NCBI GenBank assembly: GCA_003599865.1
Contig: QZKS01000088.1
Location: 6,682 to 70,681 of the forward strand
DNA length: 64,000 nt
Reading direction: 5' to 3'
From: Desulfobacteraceae bacterium
GTDB taxonomy: Bacteria > Desulfobacterota > Desulfobacteria > Desulfobacterales > SURF-7
In this document: positions 20,506 through 30,978 of the stretch, in pieces
Position numbering within the stretch: the first letter of the stretch is position 1
Layout of the letters: every line of letters starts with the position of its first letter
Made by a program: the position numbers and the translations under genes
Notes under the pieces: model-generated
Databases searched by the model: none
Seen by the model: only the letters and a program-made list of their open reading frames with translations
What the model was told of the DNA's origin: nothing

Positions 20506-20981
20506 ACTTTAATTTCCCCTTTGCCGGATATTTTAATATAGGTATCACCGGTTTTAATATCCAGGCGAACTGTTCTGTTGCAGTTTCCGCCAACATCTTC
20601 ATGATTGATAATCACATTATTTTTAAATAACATTTTCCGAAGCGCCATGTGATTTCTTTTTCCGATATTGAAAAAACCTTTCTGGTCTAAAATCTGAGCT
20701 CCTCCGGCAACAACGATTTTCATTCTCTGTTTTTTCGCTCCAAGCTCATAGGTTGCTTTGAAAAGTTTTGGAATACCGGTATCGGCGAACATATATGGGT
20801 TATTGATCGCTTTGGCCTCATCAATACTGGATTCCGGGAGCATATAGTGAAGAAGACCACCTGCCTTGGCAACAGGGTCATAAATCGAGACACCAATACA
20901 TGACCCTAAAGAATAGGTGATCAAGCTGGCTTCTGTATCATTGCTTGTTTTCATATCGGAAACGCCGATAATAATTTTCAC
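20502..20981 (-). CDS. cheD: Chemoreceptor glutamine deamidase CheD
   Basis: Contains YSLGSCIGVSIYDP (catalytic Cys context) and GGAQ. The GTG at 20981 follows AAAGGAA plus 6 nt and gives about 159 aa, a typical CheD size. The ORF track opens at 21038. Confidence 0.8.
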   Translation of the reverse strand: MKIIIGVSDMKTSNDTEASLITYSLGSCIGVSIYDPVAKAGGLLHYMLPESSIDEAKAINNPYMFADTGIPKLFKATYELGAKKQRMKIVVAGGAQILDQKGFFNIGKRNHMALRKMLFKNNVIINHEDVGGNCNRTVRLDIKTGDTYIKISGKGEIKV

Positions 20982-21341
20982 AGAATGTTCCTTTCTGTTT
21001 ATCTTGGACAAAAAATGAAATTTTATCATGCCAATCAATTCGTTGGTGCTAAGCCATTACCGAATTATTGGAGCAGATAGATAGTTTATTATAAGGATAC
21101 GTGTAATGATTTGAATAAAAGTGCGGAGGCGCAAAGATTCTTTATTTACTGACCGTCATTATAAAGAGTGTAAAATATTTTGTCAAATATGAAATCATGA
21201 AGATAATGAACGGCATACTGATTTGACAAACCAAATAACGGGACTTATGTTTGTGCTGAAATGGACGTTGCTTATTCACCGTTAAAACCTGTTATTCACA
21301 AGGGCAGGTTTTATTTTTAAGATAGTAGAGGAGATAAACAG

Positions 21342-22019
21342 ATGACGTTTGAGACAAAAGAACAGGTTCTGGAGAAAATACTTTCTCAGGAAAAACCGCA
21401 TTGCCCTTATTGTAATATGGTGATGAGCCTGTGGGATGTTCCTGATATTGCATTAGGTGATGGGCTTGGATGGGGAACACCTTATCTGTATATTTGTTTT
21501 AATGACGAATGCTCTCTTTATAAAAGCGGCTGGGAAAATATTATGGAAAATTTTTCTCACAATGCATCCCACCGTTGTATGAATTATCCTGGCACAGATC
21601 AATTCGAGTGCATTCCGGTGTTCAGCCCGGATGGTGCAAAAGGACAAATTTTAGATGATGAAGTGCTTGCTGCGCAGGAAAGGTTGAAAGAAGCAATCAA
21701 ACGAGGCTTTTCCATTCTCGCGGATTGTTATGTTTCAAAAGATTGGGTGGAAGTTCTCAAGATCTTGATTGATGCAACGGAGCCGGCCCGCGTAAGACTA
21801 AAGGCCGCTGAAATGATTGGAGATATTGGTGAAGTCGAGGTGGTTGAATCCCTCCGGAGTACGCGCTTTGGAAATGTTAAACTAACCGAGACTGTTGAGG
21901 AAGCGGTTCAAAAAATACACAATCGCTCTTTTACCCGGGAGTGCCCGTTCTGTGCGGAAATTATTAAAAAAAGAGCAAAAGTATGCAAGCATTGCGGGAA
22001 GGATGTAGCCGGCATTTAG
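21342..22019 (+). CDS. Hypothetical zinc-ribbon / HEAT-repeat-like protein
   Basis: Has an N-terminal CPYC...C..EC cluster, a central HEAT-like segment (RVRLKAAEMIGDIGEVEVVESL) and a C-terminal zinc ribbon (CPFCAEIIKKRAKVCKHCG). The RBS is GAGGAG. Confidence 0.55.
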   Translation: MTFETKEQVLEKILSQEKPHCPYCNMVMSLWDVPDIALGDGLGWGTPYLYICFNDECSLYKSGWENIMENFSHNASHRCMNYPGTDQFECIPVFSPDGAKGQILDDEVLAAQERLKEAIKRGFSILADCYVSKDWVEVLKILIDATEPARVRLKAAEMIGDIGEVEVVESLRSTRFGNVKLTETVEEAVQKIHNRSFTRECPFCAEIIKKRAKVCKHCGKDVAGI

Positions 22020-22549
22020 ATTCTGTTTTTATCCGGAACATTAATGATCATGCTGTCATAGGAGCGGAAAATCAGTTTTTCCCGCTCCTTTTTTTCTGGA
22101 GGAAAAGATTGGAGCGGGATTTGTTGAATTCGTTTGAGGGATTCCTCCTTGGACGGGATGGCATCCAGTCCTTCCCCCGTTTTTTTTCCGGCAATGGTGT
22201 CCAGGATAATAGCTGTTTTTCCATCCGACACAATTGAATATGGCACTTGATATTCTTCGATCAGCCTTGCCACGGCCAGGGTCTCTCTCTCTCGTGATCC
22301 TAAAGAACCGGCCGCGCATTTGATCACCATCATTTTATTTTCTTCCACCGCCACGATGATATCCACGGTTGATCGATAGATTTCTCCATTGATCATCAGT
22401 GATATTTTGTGATCAATTAAGAGATCCTTTTTATCAAAACCTTTATTGTTCACCAGAAACTGTTCAATGGCCTGGCGATTCATTTCCGCGCCGATATTTG
22501 GAATTTCCCGGCCGGTCAGAAAATCTGTAATGGTATCAGATGCTTTCAT
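22016..22549 (-). CDS. Stand-alone HsdR_N-like (type I restriction enzyme R N-terminal domain) protein
   Basis: 177 aa. The pattern DFLTGREIPNIGAE.NRQ...VDIIV...VIKC...YSIVSDG resembles the PD-(D/E)xK-like HSDR_N_2 fold as I remember it. It overlaps the gpmI stop by 4 nt. Confidence 0.5.
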   Translation of the reverse strand: MKASDTITDFLTGREIPNIGAEMNRQAIEQFLVNNKGFDKKDLLIDHKISLMINGEIYRSTVDIIVAVEENKMMVIKCAAGSLGSRERETLAVARLIEEYQVPYSIVSDGKTAIILDTIAGKKTGEGLDAIPSKEESLKRIQQIPLQSFPPEKKEREKLIFRSYDSMIINVPDKNRI

Positions 22550-24072
22550 TGTATCAGCGACCTCCCGGTCATCTGTCTGGGTTTGGCTATTCCCATGATA
22601 TCCAGTATGGTTGGGGCGATATCTCCAAGGATACCGGGTCGGAGGTTTATATTTTTCCGGTCTTCGTTTACGATAATGAATGGAACGGGGTTGACCGTAT
22701 GGGCTGTATGCGGTTGGCCATGATCGTCAAGCATTTTTTCAGCGTTTCCATGGTCAGCCGTGATCAACGCTGTCCCTCCGGCAGCCTGGATTGCGGTAAC
22801 CACTTTTTGCACATTTTCATCTACGGCTTCACAAGCCTTAATGGCGGCAGGAATGATTCCGGTATGGCCAACCATGTCCATATTCGCAAAATTTAAAACA
22901 ATTAAATCATAACGCCCGGACTGAATGCGAGATACAACCTCATCTCCCACTGGTAAGGCACTCATTTCAGGTTTCTGATCATAGGTTTCAACATCCCGTG
23001 GGGATGGAATTAAACATCGGTCTTCACCCGGAAACGGTTTTTCTTCTCCACCATTGAAAAAGTAGGTTACATGGGCATATTTTTCGGTTTCCGCAATCCG
23101 AAGTTGGGAAAGCCCCTCTTTACTGAGGACTTCTCCGAGGAGTCCGTCCAAATGCTGGGGTGGGAAAGCGATTGGCAGGGTGAAACTTTCATCATACATG
23201 GTCAGACAGACAAAATTTGCAATCCGTGGGCAGACCTCTCTCTTAAAGCCGGCAAATTTTAAATCTGTAAGGGCTCTTGTAATTTGTCTTGCCCGGTCGG
23301 CACGGAAATTAAAAAAGATAACGCAATCATGATCGGAAATCGTTCCTTCCGGATTGAGGACGATGGGTTGAACAAATTCATCTGTTTCTCCCCTTGCATA
23401 GGCATTACGAACAGCCGTAATCGGATCGGTCTCCTTTATGCCCTGTGCCTGGGTGTATAATTGATATGCTTTTTTGGTCCGATCCCACCTTGTATCTCGA
23501 TCCATTGCAAAGAATCTTCCACAGATGCTGGAGATGCATCCGATTTCCAGTTTTTGGATAATATTTTGCAATTTCGTTATATATCCTGCTCCGCTATCGG
23601 GCGGGGTATCGCGGCCGTCCAGAATTGCATGGATATATACGTTGCTGAACTTTTTCTGTTTTGCAAATTCAAGAAGTGCAAACAGATGGGTTAACTGGCT
23701 GTGAACGCCCCCATCAGATACCAGCCCCATAATATGAAGGTTGGATTTTTTTTCTTTAGCGATAGAAAAGGCATTTGTTAACATTTTATTTTTAAAGAAG
23801 GATTTGTCTTGAATGGCCTTGTCGATTCGGAGAAGATCCTGGTATACTATACGTCCGGCACCAATATTCAGATGCCCGACTTCCGAGTTTCCCATAATTC
23901 CATCCGGAAGGCCGACTGCTTCCCCGCTGCATATCAGGTGGGTGTGTGGATATGTCTCCATGAGTTTCGTTAAATATGGCAATTTCGCCTGAGCAACAGC
24001 ATTCCCTTCTCTTGAAGGATTAAGGCCCCATCCATCAAGAATGATGAGAATACAAGGTTTCACTTTTTTCAT
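22546..24072 (-). CDS. gpmI: 2,3-bisphosphoglycerate-independent phosphoglycerate mutase
   Basis: Contains ILIILDGWG, NSEVGHLNIGAGR and ADHGNAE. Confidence 0.95.
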   Translation of the reverse strand: MKKVKPCILIILDGWGLNPSREGNAVAQAKLPYLTKLMETYPHTHLICSGEAVGLPDGIMGNSEVGHLNIGAGRIVYQDLLRIDKAIQDKSFFKNKMLTNAFSIAKEKKSNLHIMGLVSDGGVHSQLTHLFALLEFAKQKKFSNVYIHAILDGRDTPPDSGAGYITKLQNIIQKLEIGCISSICGRFFAMDRDTRWDRTKKAYQLYTQAQGIKETDPITAVRNAYARGETDEFVQPIVLNPEGTISDHDCVIFFNFRADRARQITRALTDLKFAGFKREVCPRIANFVCLTMYDESFTLPIAFPPQHLDGLLGEVLSKEGLSQLRIAETEKYAHVTYFFNGGEEKPFPGEDRCLIPSPRDVETYDQKPEMSALPVGDEVVSRIQSGRYDLIVLNFANMDMVGHTGIIPAAIKACEAVDENVQKVVTAIQAAGGTALITADHGNAEKMLDDHGQPHTAHTVNPVPFIIVNEDRKNINLRPGILGDIAPTILDIMGIAKPRQMTGRSLIQ

Positions 24073-24090
24073 TGGATGACTCCATCTGGT

Positions 24091-24471
24091 TTATAAATGG
24101 TTTTTTCTAACAGGTTTCACAATATTTTCCGTGTTGATTTTCCCGGCGTCTTCCCAAAGGCCGTCAAGGTCATAAAAACTTCTTACCGGCTCGTAAAAAA
24201 CATGTATAATCACATTACCATAGTCTAACAATACCCACTGACCCTCCTTGATTCCTTCCACATGGTATGGCTTGATTCCATTTTTTTTCAGCTCTCTTCT
24301 GATATGTTCCCCAATGGATGTTACCTGCCTGTTCGAGCTGCCACTGCAGATCATGAAGACGTCGGCAATAGAGGTTAATTTGCGAACATCGAGAACGGTC
24401 AGACCTTTTATTTTTTTCCCCAATACAGCTGTGACATAGGGCTTTAAGGAAAAGTCAAAATCAGATGTCAT
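24091..24471 (-). CDS. rsfS: Ribosome silencing factor RsfS (iojap-like)
   Basis: Contains LTVLDVRKLTSIADVFMICSGSSNRQV and DYGNVIIHVF. The internal ATG at 24471 was chosen, giving 126 aa; the ORF opens at 24507. Confidence 0.85.
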   Translation of the reverse strand: MTSDFDFSLKPYVTAVLGKKIKGLTVLDVRKLTSIADVFMICSGSSNRQVTSIGEHIRRELKKNGIKPYHVEGIKEGQWVLLDYGNVIIHVFYEPVRSFYDLDGLWEDAGKINTENIVKPVRKNHL

Positions 24472-25123
24472 GTAAATATAGTCCTTTGTTTTTAATATAC
24501 TGTTCAACTTTTTCCGGTACCAGATATTTCAAAGATTGTTTCCGGCGAATGATTTTTCGAATATCGGTGGAAGAAATATCATAGGGTGAAACTTTTACAA
24601 GATATATTGACTGTTTTGTCTGGTGCTTGAAGCAATTGCAGTTTTTCTGAAAATAATAATGGTTGGAAATTTTTTCCCGAATGTGGCTCGATAATTCCTG
24701 AAAACCAACATGTTCGGTTCCCGGCCTTGACATGATGATCAAAGGCAGTTTGGTAAACAATTTTTTATAGGACTTCCATGTATCGATTTCAAGAAATGCA
24801 TCCATTCCCAATATAAGGAATATTTTTGCGTTTTCCGGCAGGGTATTTTTGAAATAATCTATGGTATCAACAGTATAAGAAGGGCCGGAACGAGTAATCT
24901 CCACATCTGAGACCAGGTAACCATCCAAGCTGGATACGGCAAGACGGGTCATATTCAGTCGATCTCGGGCATCTGCAACGCCTTGTCTTTTTTTGTGTGG
25001 AGGGATGGCGGAAGGAATCATGTAGAGTTGATCCAGTTCAAATTTATTTTTAATTTCTTTTGAGACGTGGATATGACCAAAATGGATTGGATTAAACGTG
25101 CCACCAAACAGGCCAATACGCAT
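24461..25123 (-). CDS. nadD: Nicotinate-nucleotide adenylyltransferase
   Basis: Starts MRIGLFGGTFNPIHFGH. The ATG at 25123 follows AGGAA plus 5 nt. Confidence 0.9.
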   Translation of the reverse strand: MRIGLFGGTFNPIHFGHIHVSKEIKNKFELDQLYMIPSAIPPHKKRQGVADARDRLNMTRLAVSSLDGYLVSDVEITRSGPSYTVDTIDYFKNTLPENAKIFLILGMDAFLEIDTWKSYKKLFTKLPLIIMSRPGTEHVGFQELSSHIREKISNHYYFQKNCNCFKHQTKQSIYLVKVSPYDISSTDIRKIIRRKQSLKYLVPEKVEQYIKNKGLYLHDI

Positions 25124-25159
25124 GAATATTCCTATTCGACAAATCAATTTTTTGGTTTA

Positions 25160-26425
25160 TTATTCTCTTATCTGTCCTTCTCCGAGCACAATAAATTTGG
25201 TTGTTGTCAGTTCCTCCACGCCCATGGGTCCAAAAGCATGAAGTTTTGAAGTGCTGATACCGATTTCCGCACCAAGCCCAAGCTGTCCGCCATCATTGAA
25301 TCTGGTGGAAGCGTTAACAAGAACTACGGACGAGTCCGCTTCTTTTAGAAATTGTTGCGCACGGCTGTAGTTTTGGGTGACAATTGCTTCCGTATGGCTT
25401 GAGCCATATTGTCGGATATGCTCAAGGGCAGCATGAATATCTTCTACGACCCTGACAGCAAGAATCAGATCCAGATATTCTTCCGACCAATCTTTTTCAG
25501 TGGCTGGTTTTGCCTGAGGAAGAATGCGGCAGGTTTCAGGACAGCCCCTGATTTCGACACCTGCGTTGATGAACCGTTCGCCCATCATTGGTAAAAAGTC
25601 AGATACAATATTTTTATGCACCAGCAAGGTTTCCATGGCATTACATACTCCCGGGCGCTGAACTTTGGAATTGAAACAGATTTTTTCAGCCATGGCCAAA
25701 TCAGCACCATCATCGACAAAGACATGGCAAACCCCTTTATAGTGCTTTAATACCGGAATTTTGGAGTTTTCCACAACAAAGCGAATCAGGCTTTCTCCGC
25801 CTCGTGGAATAATCAGGTCAATACATTCTTCCTGTTGTAAAAGCCAGGTTACGGCCTCACGATCGGGAATGGGAACAACCTGTACGATTTCTTTTGGAAG
25901 TCCGGTTTCCGAAAGTGCTTCATGAATCGTTTTTGCCAATGCCCTGTTTGAATGAATTGCCTCCGAACCTCCCCGCAAGATGACTGCATTGCCGGCTTTC
26001 AGGCAAAGGCCTGCTGCATCAATGGTGACATTCGGCCGCGATTCATAGATAATGCCGATCACTCCCAATGGGATGCGCATTTTTGAAATGGTTAACTGAT
26101 TTGGCCGTTTCCATGATGCCGATGTTGAGCCGACCGGATCAGGAAGCTGCACAACTTCCTGCAAGCCTTGAATCATTGACCGGATCGTTGCTTCTGTAAT
26201 CGTTAGCCGATCGATCATAGCGATGGAAAGTCCTTTTTCTTTGGCCAATATCAGGTCTTTTGTATTTTCATTTTGAATAAATGCTTCATTTTGTGTCAAT
26301 TTTTCAGCGATTTTCAACAATGCTGCATTTTTTGTATCAGAAGAACTTGTTGCGATTTGTCTGGAAGCGGACCGGGCGGCGCGCGCCATTCCCATAATGG
26401 TGGATTCAATGTGCATTTTTTTCAT
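25160..26425 (-). CDS. proA: Glutamate-5-semialdehyde dehydrogenase
   Basis: Aldehyde-dehydrogenase-type ProA sequence with [22 protein letters not shown]. The start is ambiguous: TTG 26452, ATG 26425 or ATG 26416. Confidence 0.9.
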   Translation of the reverse strand: MKKMHIESTIMGMARAARSASRQIATSSSDTKNAALLKIAEKLTQNEAFIQNENTKDLILAKEKGLSIAMIDRLTITEATIRSMIQGLQEVVQLPDPVGSTSASWKRPNQLTISKMRIPLGVIGIIYESRPNVTIDAAGLCLKAGNAVILRGGSEAIHSNRALAKTIHEALSETGLPKEIVQVVPIPDREAVTWLLQQEECIDLIIPRGGESLIRFVVENSKIPVLKHYKGVCHVFVDDGADLAMAEKICFNSKVQRPGVCNAMETLLVHKNIVSDFLPMMGERFINAGVEIRGCPETCRILPQAKPATEKDWSEEYLDLILAVRVVEDIHAALEHIRQYGSSHTEAIVTQNYSRAQQFLKEADSSVVLVNASTRFNDGGQLGLGAEIGISTSKLHAFGPMGVEELTTTKFIVLGEGQIRE

Positions 26426-26487
26426 ATCCCTCGTGTTGTTTATTGATTTCAAACCGGTATCAGCTGAAATAATTTCAGTACGGATTC

Positions 26488-27630
26488 TTAATACTCTTTT
26501 TCATGTCTGATCGCAAGGTTATCCCGATGTATCACCTCGTCATATGGTTTGGAACCTAAAACAAATTCGATTTGATTAGACCGGTGTCCCATGATTTTCA
26601 AGATATCCACAGCACTGTAATTTACCAATCCGATTGCGAGTTTCCGGCCATCTGCGGAGAATAATTCAACGCAGTCGCCGATCATAAAAGATCCTTCGAC
26701 AGCTGTAATTCCAATTGGTAAAAGACTTTTTCCATTGTGAAGCAGTGCTTGAGCAGCACCGTCATCTACTTGGATTTTGCCTTTTGGCTTGCGGGAAAAA
26801 GCAATCCAACACTTTCTCTTAGATAGCTTATTTTCATTGGCAACAAAATACGTGCCGGATTGCTTTCCGGAAAAAAGATCATTGAGGGTATTCGGTTTTT
26901 TTCCATTGGCGATCACCATCGGGATGCCGGCAGCTGTTACTTTCTCTGCCGCGTGAATTTTACTCAGCATGCCTCCGGTCCCTAAAGCTCCGGGAATTCC
27001 TCCAGCCATTTTTTTGATTTTATGATCGATATTGCCGATGATTTTTATCATTTCCGCATCAGGGGTCGTCCGGGGATCCTTTGTATACAGTCCGTCAATA
27101 TCCGTTAAATTGATGAGAATGTTTGCATCCATGAGCAGGGCGATCATCGCGGACAGATTGTCATTATCTCCAAATTTAATCTCTTCGGTAACCACCGTGT
27201 CATTTTCGTTAATGATGGGAAGGATGCTCCATGAAAGAAGTGTGTTCAGTGTGTTTCGTGCATTCAAATACCGTTCACGATGATTGAGATCACTCTGGGT
27301 AAGCAAGATCTGAGCGACCTTTTTATTATACTTGGAAAAAGCTTTTTCATACTCCAGGATCAGGCCGGCCTGACCGACAGCGGCAACCGCCTGTCTGCTG
27401 GGAATATCGGCCGGCCGTTTTGCAAGCCCTATTTTTTTACAGCCCGCAGCCATTGCACCGGAAGAAACCATCACAATTTCGATACCTCTTTCAAACAGGA
27501 GGCTGATCTGTTGACTGATGATCCCGATTGCATCCGTGTTGAGGCCATGTTCTGCGGTAAGCACATTGCTTCCTACTTTGATCACAATACGCTTTGCCGT
27601 GGAAAAGATTTTTTTTTGCTTAGTCATCAT
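26488..27630 (-). CDS. proB: Glutamate 5-kinase (with PUA domain)
   Basis: Contains [12 protein letters not shown], an amino-acid kinase fold and a C-terminal PUA-like region. Its start overlaps the obg stop. Confidence 0.9.
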   Translation of the reverse strand: MMTKQKKIFSTAKRIVIKVGSNVLTAEHGLNTDAIGIISQQISLLFERGIEIVMVSSGAMAAGCKKIGLAKRPADIPSRQAVAAVGQAGLILEYEKAFSKYNKKVAQILLTQSDLNHRERYLNARNTLNTLLSWSILPIINENDTVVTEEIKFGDNDNLSAMIALLMDANILINLTDIDGLYTKDPRTTPDAEMIKIIGNIDHKIKKMAGGIPGALGTGGMLSKIHAAEKVTAAGIPMVIANGKKPNTLNDLFSGKQSGTYFVANENKLSKRKCWIAFSRKPKGKIQVDDGAAQALLHNGKSLLPIGITAVEGSFMIGDCVELFSADGRKLAIGLVNYSAVDILKIMGHRSNQIEFVLGSKPYDEVIHRDNLAIRHEKEY

Positions 27631-28624
27631 GGAACATATCAATCTGTTTGATAATTTCTTTTTTCAAACGGGATATGTTTTTTCCGGTTGCTGCAGAAAT
27701 CAGGATAATTTTAGAATTTTTAAGAGCAGATTGAAAAACAGCGGCATTTTTTTCAGCTTCCGGTATATCCAATTTGTTTAATACAATAATCTGTTTCTTT
27801 TCAGCGAGTTTTTTACTGTAAAGCGTAAGCTCTCTGTTAATGGCATGATATAAATCGAGTGGCTTTTCAGGATCGATGACCGATGCATCGATAAGATGGA
27901 CCAGTATTTTGGTTCTTTCGATATGCCGAAGAAATTTAATACCCAATCCAGTTCCGGAATGAGCACCTTCAATCAAGCCGGGTATATCGGCAATCGCGAA
28001 AGGTTCTGCCGAATCCGTATAGACAATCCCAAGGGTGGGTGTTAGCGTAGTAAACGGGTAGTTTCCGATTTTGGGACGTGCGGAAGAAAGGACGCTCATC
28101 AATGTGGATTTACCGGCATTGGGGAATCCAATAATACCGGCATCCGCGAGAAGTTTAAGTTCCAGTTTCAGCTTAATGGTCTGCCCTGGTTCTCCGGGTT
28201 GTGCAAAACGCGGCGCACGATTGGTAGAGGTTGCAAATCGTTTGTTGCCTTGCCCTCCCCTTCCCCCTTTGGCGACGACATACACATCATCGAAACCAAT
28301 GAAATCATAGATGACTTCATTGGTTTCCGGGTCAGACATAATTGTTCCCGGGGGTATTTCAATAACCAGCGGTTGCGCACTTTTTCCGGTTTTTTGCTGC
28401 CCTTCTCCAGGTCCACCGTTTTTTGCCCGCAACAATTTTTGGTAACAGAATTGATAAAGCGTTCTTTTTTTTGGAGAAACTTTAAATATTACATCTCCAC
28501 CATTCCCACCGTCGCCGCCGTCCGGTCCTCCGCGAGGTATAAATTTTTCACGCCGGAAACTGACACAACCTCGGCCACCATTTCCGGATTGGACGGTGAT
28601 AATCGCCTCATCTATGAATTTCAC
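27620..28624 (-). CDS. obg: GTPase Obg/CgtA
   Basis: Starts MKFIDEA (GTG start). It has the Gly-rich Obg fold (GGDGGNGG) and the P-loop GFPNAGKST. Its start overlaps the rpmA stop (GTGA). Confidence 0.95.
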   Translation of the reverse strand: MKFIDEAIITVQSGNGGRGCVSFRREKFIPRGGPDGGDGGNGGDVIFKVSPKKRTLYQFCYQKLLRAKNGGPGEGQQKTGKSAQPLVIEIPPGTIMSDPETNEVIYDFIGFDDVYVVAKGGRGGQGNKRFATSTNRAPRFAQPGEPGQTIKLKLELKLLADAGIIGFPNAGKSTLMSVLSSARPKIGNYPFTTLTPTLGIVYTDSAEPFAIADIPGLIEGAHSGTGLGIKFLRHIERTKILVHLIDASVIDPEKPLDLYHAINRELTLYSKKLAEKKQIIVLNKLDIPEAEKNAAVFQSALKNSKIILISAATGKNISRLKKEIIKQIDMFHDD

Positions 28625-28875
28625 GTGGCATAAACGCTGACTTTTTTCCGGTCTTTTCCCATTCGTTCATAGGTAACCTTGCCGTCTATTTTGGCAAAAA
28701 GGGTATAATCATTTCCAACACCCACATTTTCACCAGCGTGAATTTTGGTTCCTATCTGACGTACCAGAATATTGCCAGCCCTGACGTTTTGACCGCCATA
28801 TACTTTCACTCCGCGACGTTGACCATTACTGTCGCGTCCGTTTCGTGTACTTCCGCCTGCTTTTTTATGAGCCAT
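28621..28875 (-). CDS. rpmA: 50S ribosomal protein L27
   Basis: Starts [16 protein letters not shown]. Confidence 0.97.
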   Translation of the reverse strand: MAHKKAGGSTRNGRDSNGQRRGVKVYGGQNVRAGNILVRQIGTKIHAGENVGVGNDYTLFAKIDGKVTYERMGKDRKKVSVYAT

Positions 28876-28907
28876 CTTTTCTACCTCGAATCGTCGGATC
28901 GGTTGTT

Positions 28908-29219
28908 CTATGCCCCGATGCTGTCAATTTTAATTGCCGTATATTGTTGACGATGTCCTTGCATTTTACGAAATTTTTTACGGCGTTTGTATTTAAATAC
29001 AAGAATTTTTTTGGCTTTTCCCTGTTCTACAATGTGCCCTCGAACTGCGACATCTTCAACAACCGGTTGGCCGATTTTAACAGCCTCACCATCTGAAAAC
29101 ATGAGGACATTGTCAAAAGAGATTGCATCTCCAATTTCACCAGAAAGTTTTTCAACCTTCACGGTTTCACCTTCTTCAACTTTATATTGTTTCCCGCCTG
29201 TGGCGATGACCGCATACAT
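28908..29219 (-). CDS. rplU: 50S ribosomal protein L21
   Basis: Starts [14 protein letters not shown]. The RBS is AAGGAGG. Confidence 0.97.
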   Translation of the reverse strand: MYAVIATGGKQYKVEEGETVKVEKLSGEIGDAISFDNVLMFSDGEAVKIGQPVVEDVAVRGHIVEQGKAKKILVFKYKRRKKFRKMQGHRQQYTAIKIDSIGA

Positions 29220-29272
29220 GATCCAGGGCCTCCTTGTTTGACAAAATTTTTACCAATGCTTAAAACCAAAAC

Positions 29273-29300
29273 ATTCTATTATTATAATTTATTTTGTCAA
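29273..29300 (-). promoter_or_regulatory. Candidate sigma70-type promoter for the rplU-rpmA-obg-proB string
   Basis: On the minus strand: TTGACA (29300-29295), a 16-nt spacer, then TAGAAT (29278-29273), about 55 nt upstream of the rplU ATG. Confidence 0.45.
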
Positions 29301-29337
29301 GAAAAATATTGTAAAAATCGTATTTGTCTTCTCCATA

Positions 29338-30141
29338 TCATGGAGAGATATCCAGCCGTTCCTTTCCGCAAAAGATCATTAATCCGGTATCTTTGGATCG
29401 ACAAACAAGAGTCATGCGTAATTGTTTTGCCAGGTCAACGGCTAAGGCAGTTGGTTTGGAAAGAGCCAGAATAACGGGAATACGGGCACGCGCTGCTTTT
29501 TGAACCAGTTCGAAGCTTATTCTCGAAGAAAGGATTATACAAGCGGCTTCCGGCAGACGTTTTTCCAGAAACAGTTTTCCAATGACTTTATCCAGTGCAT
29601 TATGCCTTCCAACATCTTCCGCGACCGAGAGGAGCTTCATGCTGCGGTGTAAAATCGCTGCTGCATGTGCGGCTCGCGTAATATTTCGCAAGGGTTGATG
29701 ATTGGAAATGGTATTCAGGAAATGTGAAGCTTCTTCTATGTTCAATTTTGCTGATTCTTCCATGGGCCGGACAATCTGAAAGAGGTCATCGATAATCTGT
29801 TTGCCGCAGACTCCGCAACTTGTCTGACTGACAAAGCTTTTTCTATCGATCAACCCCAGAACTCTTTTTTCAGCGGATGGATTCAGGGTCACAGTTACCA
29901 TGTTTCTATCGATTTCATTACAAAAACCGATGGATGAAAAATCATCCATGGTTTCGACAATCCCCTCTGCTAAACAAAAGCCGGCGGCATGAGCAATCTC
30001 GTCTCCAGGTGTTCTCATTACAACGGAATACGGTTTCCCTTGAATTTTTATGGACAGGGGTTCTTCAGCAATCAGTTGATGCCTGGTTTCGGTGATTGTG
30101 CCATGATTCCAGCAAAGGCTTTGGCAGGGAGCGTGATCCAC
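29338..30141 (-). CDS. fdhD: Formate dehydrogenase accessory sulfurtransferase FdhD
   Basis: Contains QTSCGVCGKQ (the FdhD Cys pair) and VGRHNALDK. Confidence 0.88.
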   Translation of the reverse strand: MDHAPCQSLCWNHGTITETRHQLIAEEPLSIKIQGKPYSVVMRTPGDEIAHAAGFCLAEGIVETMDDFSSIGFCNEIDRNMVTVTLNPSAEKRVLGLIDRKSFVSQTSCGVCGKQIIDDLFQIVRPMEESAKLNIEEASHFLNTISNHQPLRNITRAAHAAAILHRSMKLLSVAEDVGRHNALDKVIGKLFLEKRLPEAACIILSSRISFELVQKAARARIPVILALSKPTALAVDLAKQLRMTLVCRSKDTGLMIFCGKERLDISP

Positions 30142-30410
30142 TTTAACTCCTTATATTTTATATTTATTATGATCCGATAATGATCTGATGGTGTGTTCAT
30201 TATTTCATAAGTTCAGACCGGTGTAAAGATCAGTTTACTGAAGTTTTTCTTGACAGGCCTTGTGGTTTGCAATTATGTCTTTTGGCAAGGATTGTGAACA
30301 ATGTTTCACTTTTTTCATCAATCAACTTGCAGTGACAATATGTGGGTTTTGATTTTGAAATAAATGATTCTTTATAGAAATAACAAAATATTTTGGGAGT
30401 ATTTGGTACC

Positions 30411-30872
30411 ATGAAACGCTTATTTCCATTTTTTAGAAAAAAAATAGAAAAAAAAGAAGAGATTGAGGTTTCTGAAGATGTCATGAGGGTACCCCGGTTG
30501 ATTGAACCGCTGTTGAATAAAGCAGCTCTTGATATTGTCGATTTGTATAAGAGTAAATTGATAGGAGAGCCGGTTACCTATATTGTTCCGGCAATATGGG
30601 GGGCCAAAGAAAAAGGAAAAATGGACACGGTTCAGGACGAGATATACCGGAAGGTAACACCTTTGATTCATGAAATATTCGACACGCTGAATCTGGACTG
30701 TCAGACCGCATCGCAACGGTTTGCCGTTGGATATATGATCAAGGGGCTTATTATTTCAAAAATTACTTATATGATTGAAATATTAAAGAATCGTTTGAAG
30801 GATGATGTTGCTGTGGGAGATCCGAAATCTGAAAGATCCTTAGCATATGTAGAGCCTATCGGAAATGCGTAA
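30411..30872 (+). CDS. Hypothetical protein
   Basis: 153 aa counted from the ATG at 30411 (the ORF opens with TTG at 30393). I recognise no motif. Confidence 0.45.
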   Translation: MKRLFPFFRKKIEKKEEIEVSEDVMRVPRLIEPLLNKAALDIVDLYKSKLIGEPVTYIVPAIWGAKEKGKMDTVQDEIYRKVTPLIHEIFDTLNLDCQTASQRFAVGYMIKGLIISKITYMIEILKNRLKDDVAVGDPKSERSLAYVEPIGNA

Positions 30873-30913
30873 TCAGATTTTTTTATGACCTGGGATGAGA
30901 TAGAGAAGGTTAT

Positions 30914-30950
30914 CGTGCCGGTCATTTTTTAGTAACGCATAACCGGCACG
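30914..30950. terminator. Hairpin between convergent genes
   Basis: 9-bp stem CGTGCCGGT (30914-30922) / ACCGGCACG (30942-30950) with a 19-nt loop. No flanking U-tract is present. Confidence 0.3.
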
Positions 30951-30978
30951 AATTTGGAGTGGATTATTGCTTCTGTTT

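Noticed and set aside
30294-30309. Palindrome GTGAACAATGTTTCAC between fdhD and the divergent hypothetical gene, initially read as a CRP/FNR-type site
   Set aside because: The half-site spacing does not fit TGTGA-N6-TCACA or TTGAT-N4-ATCAA. It has only 5-bp arms and could arise by chance in AT-rich DNA.
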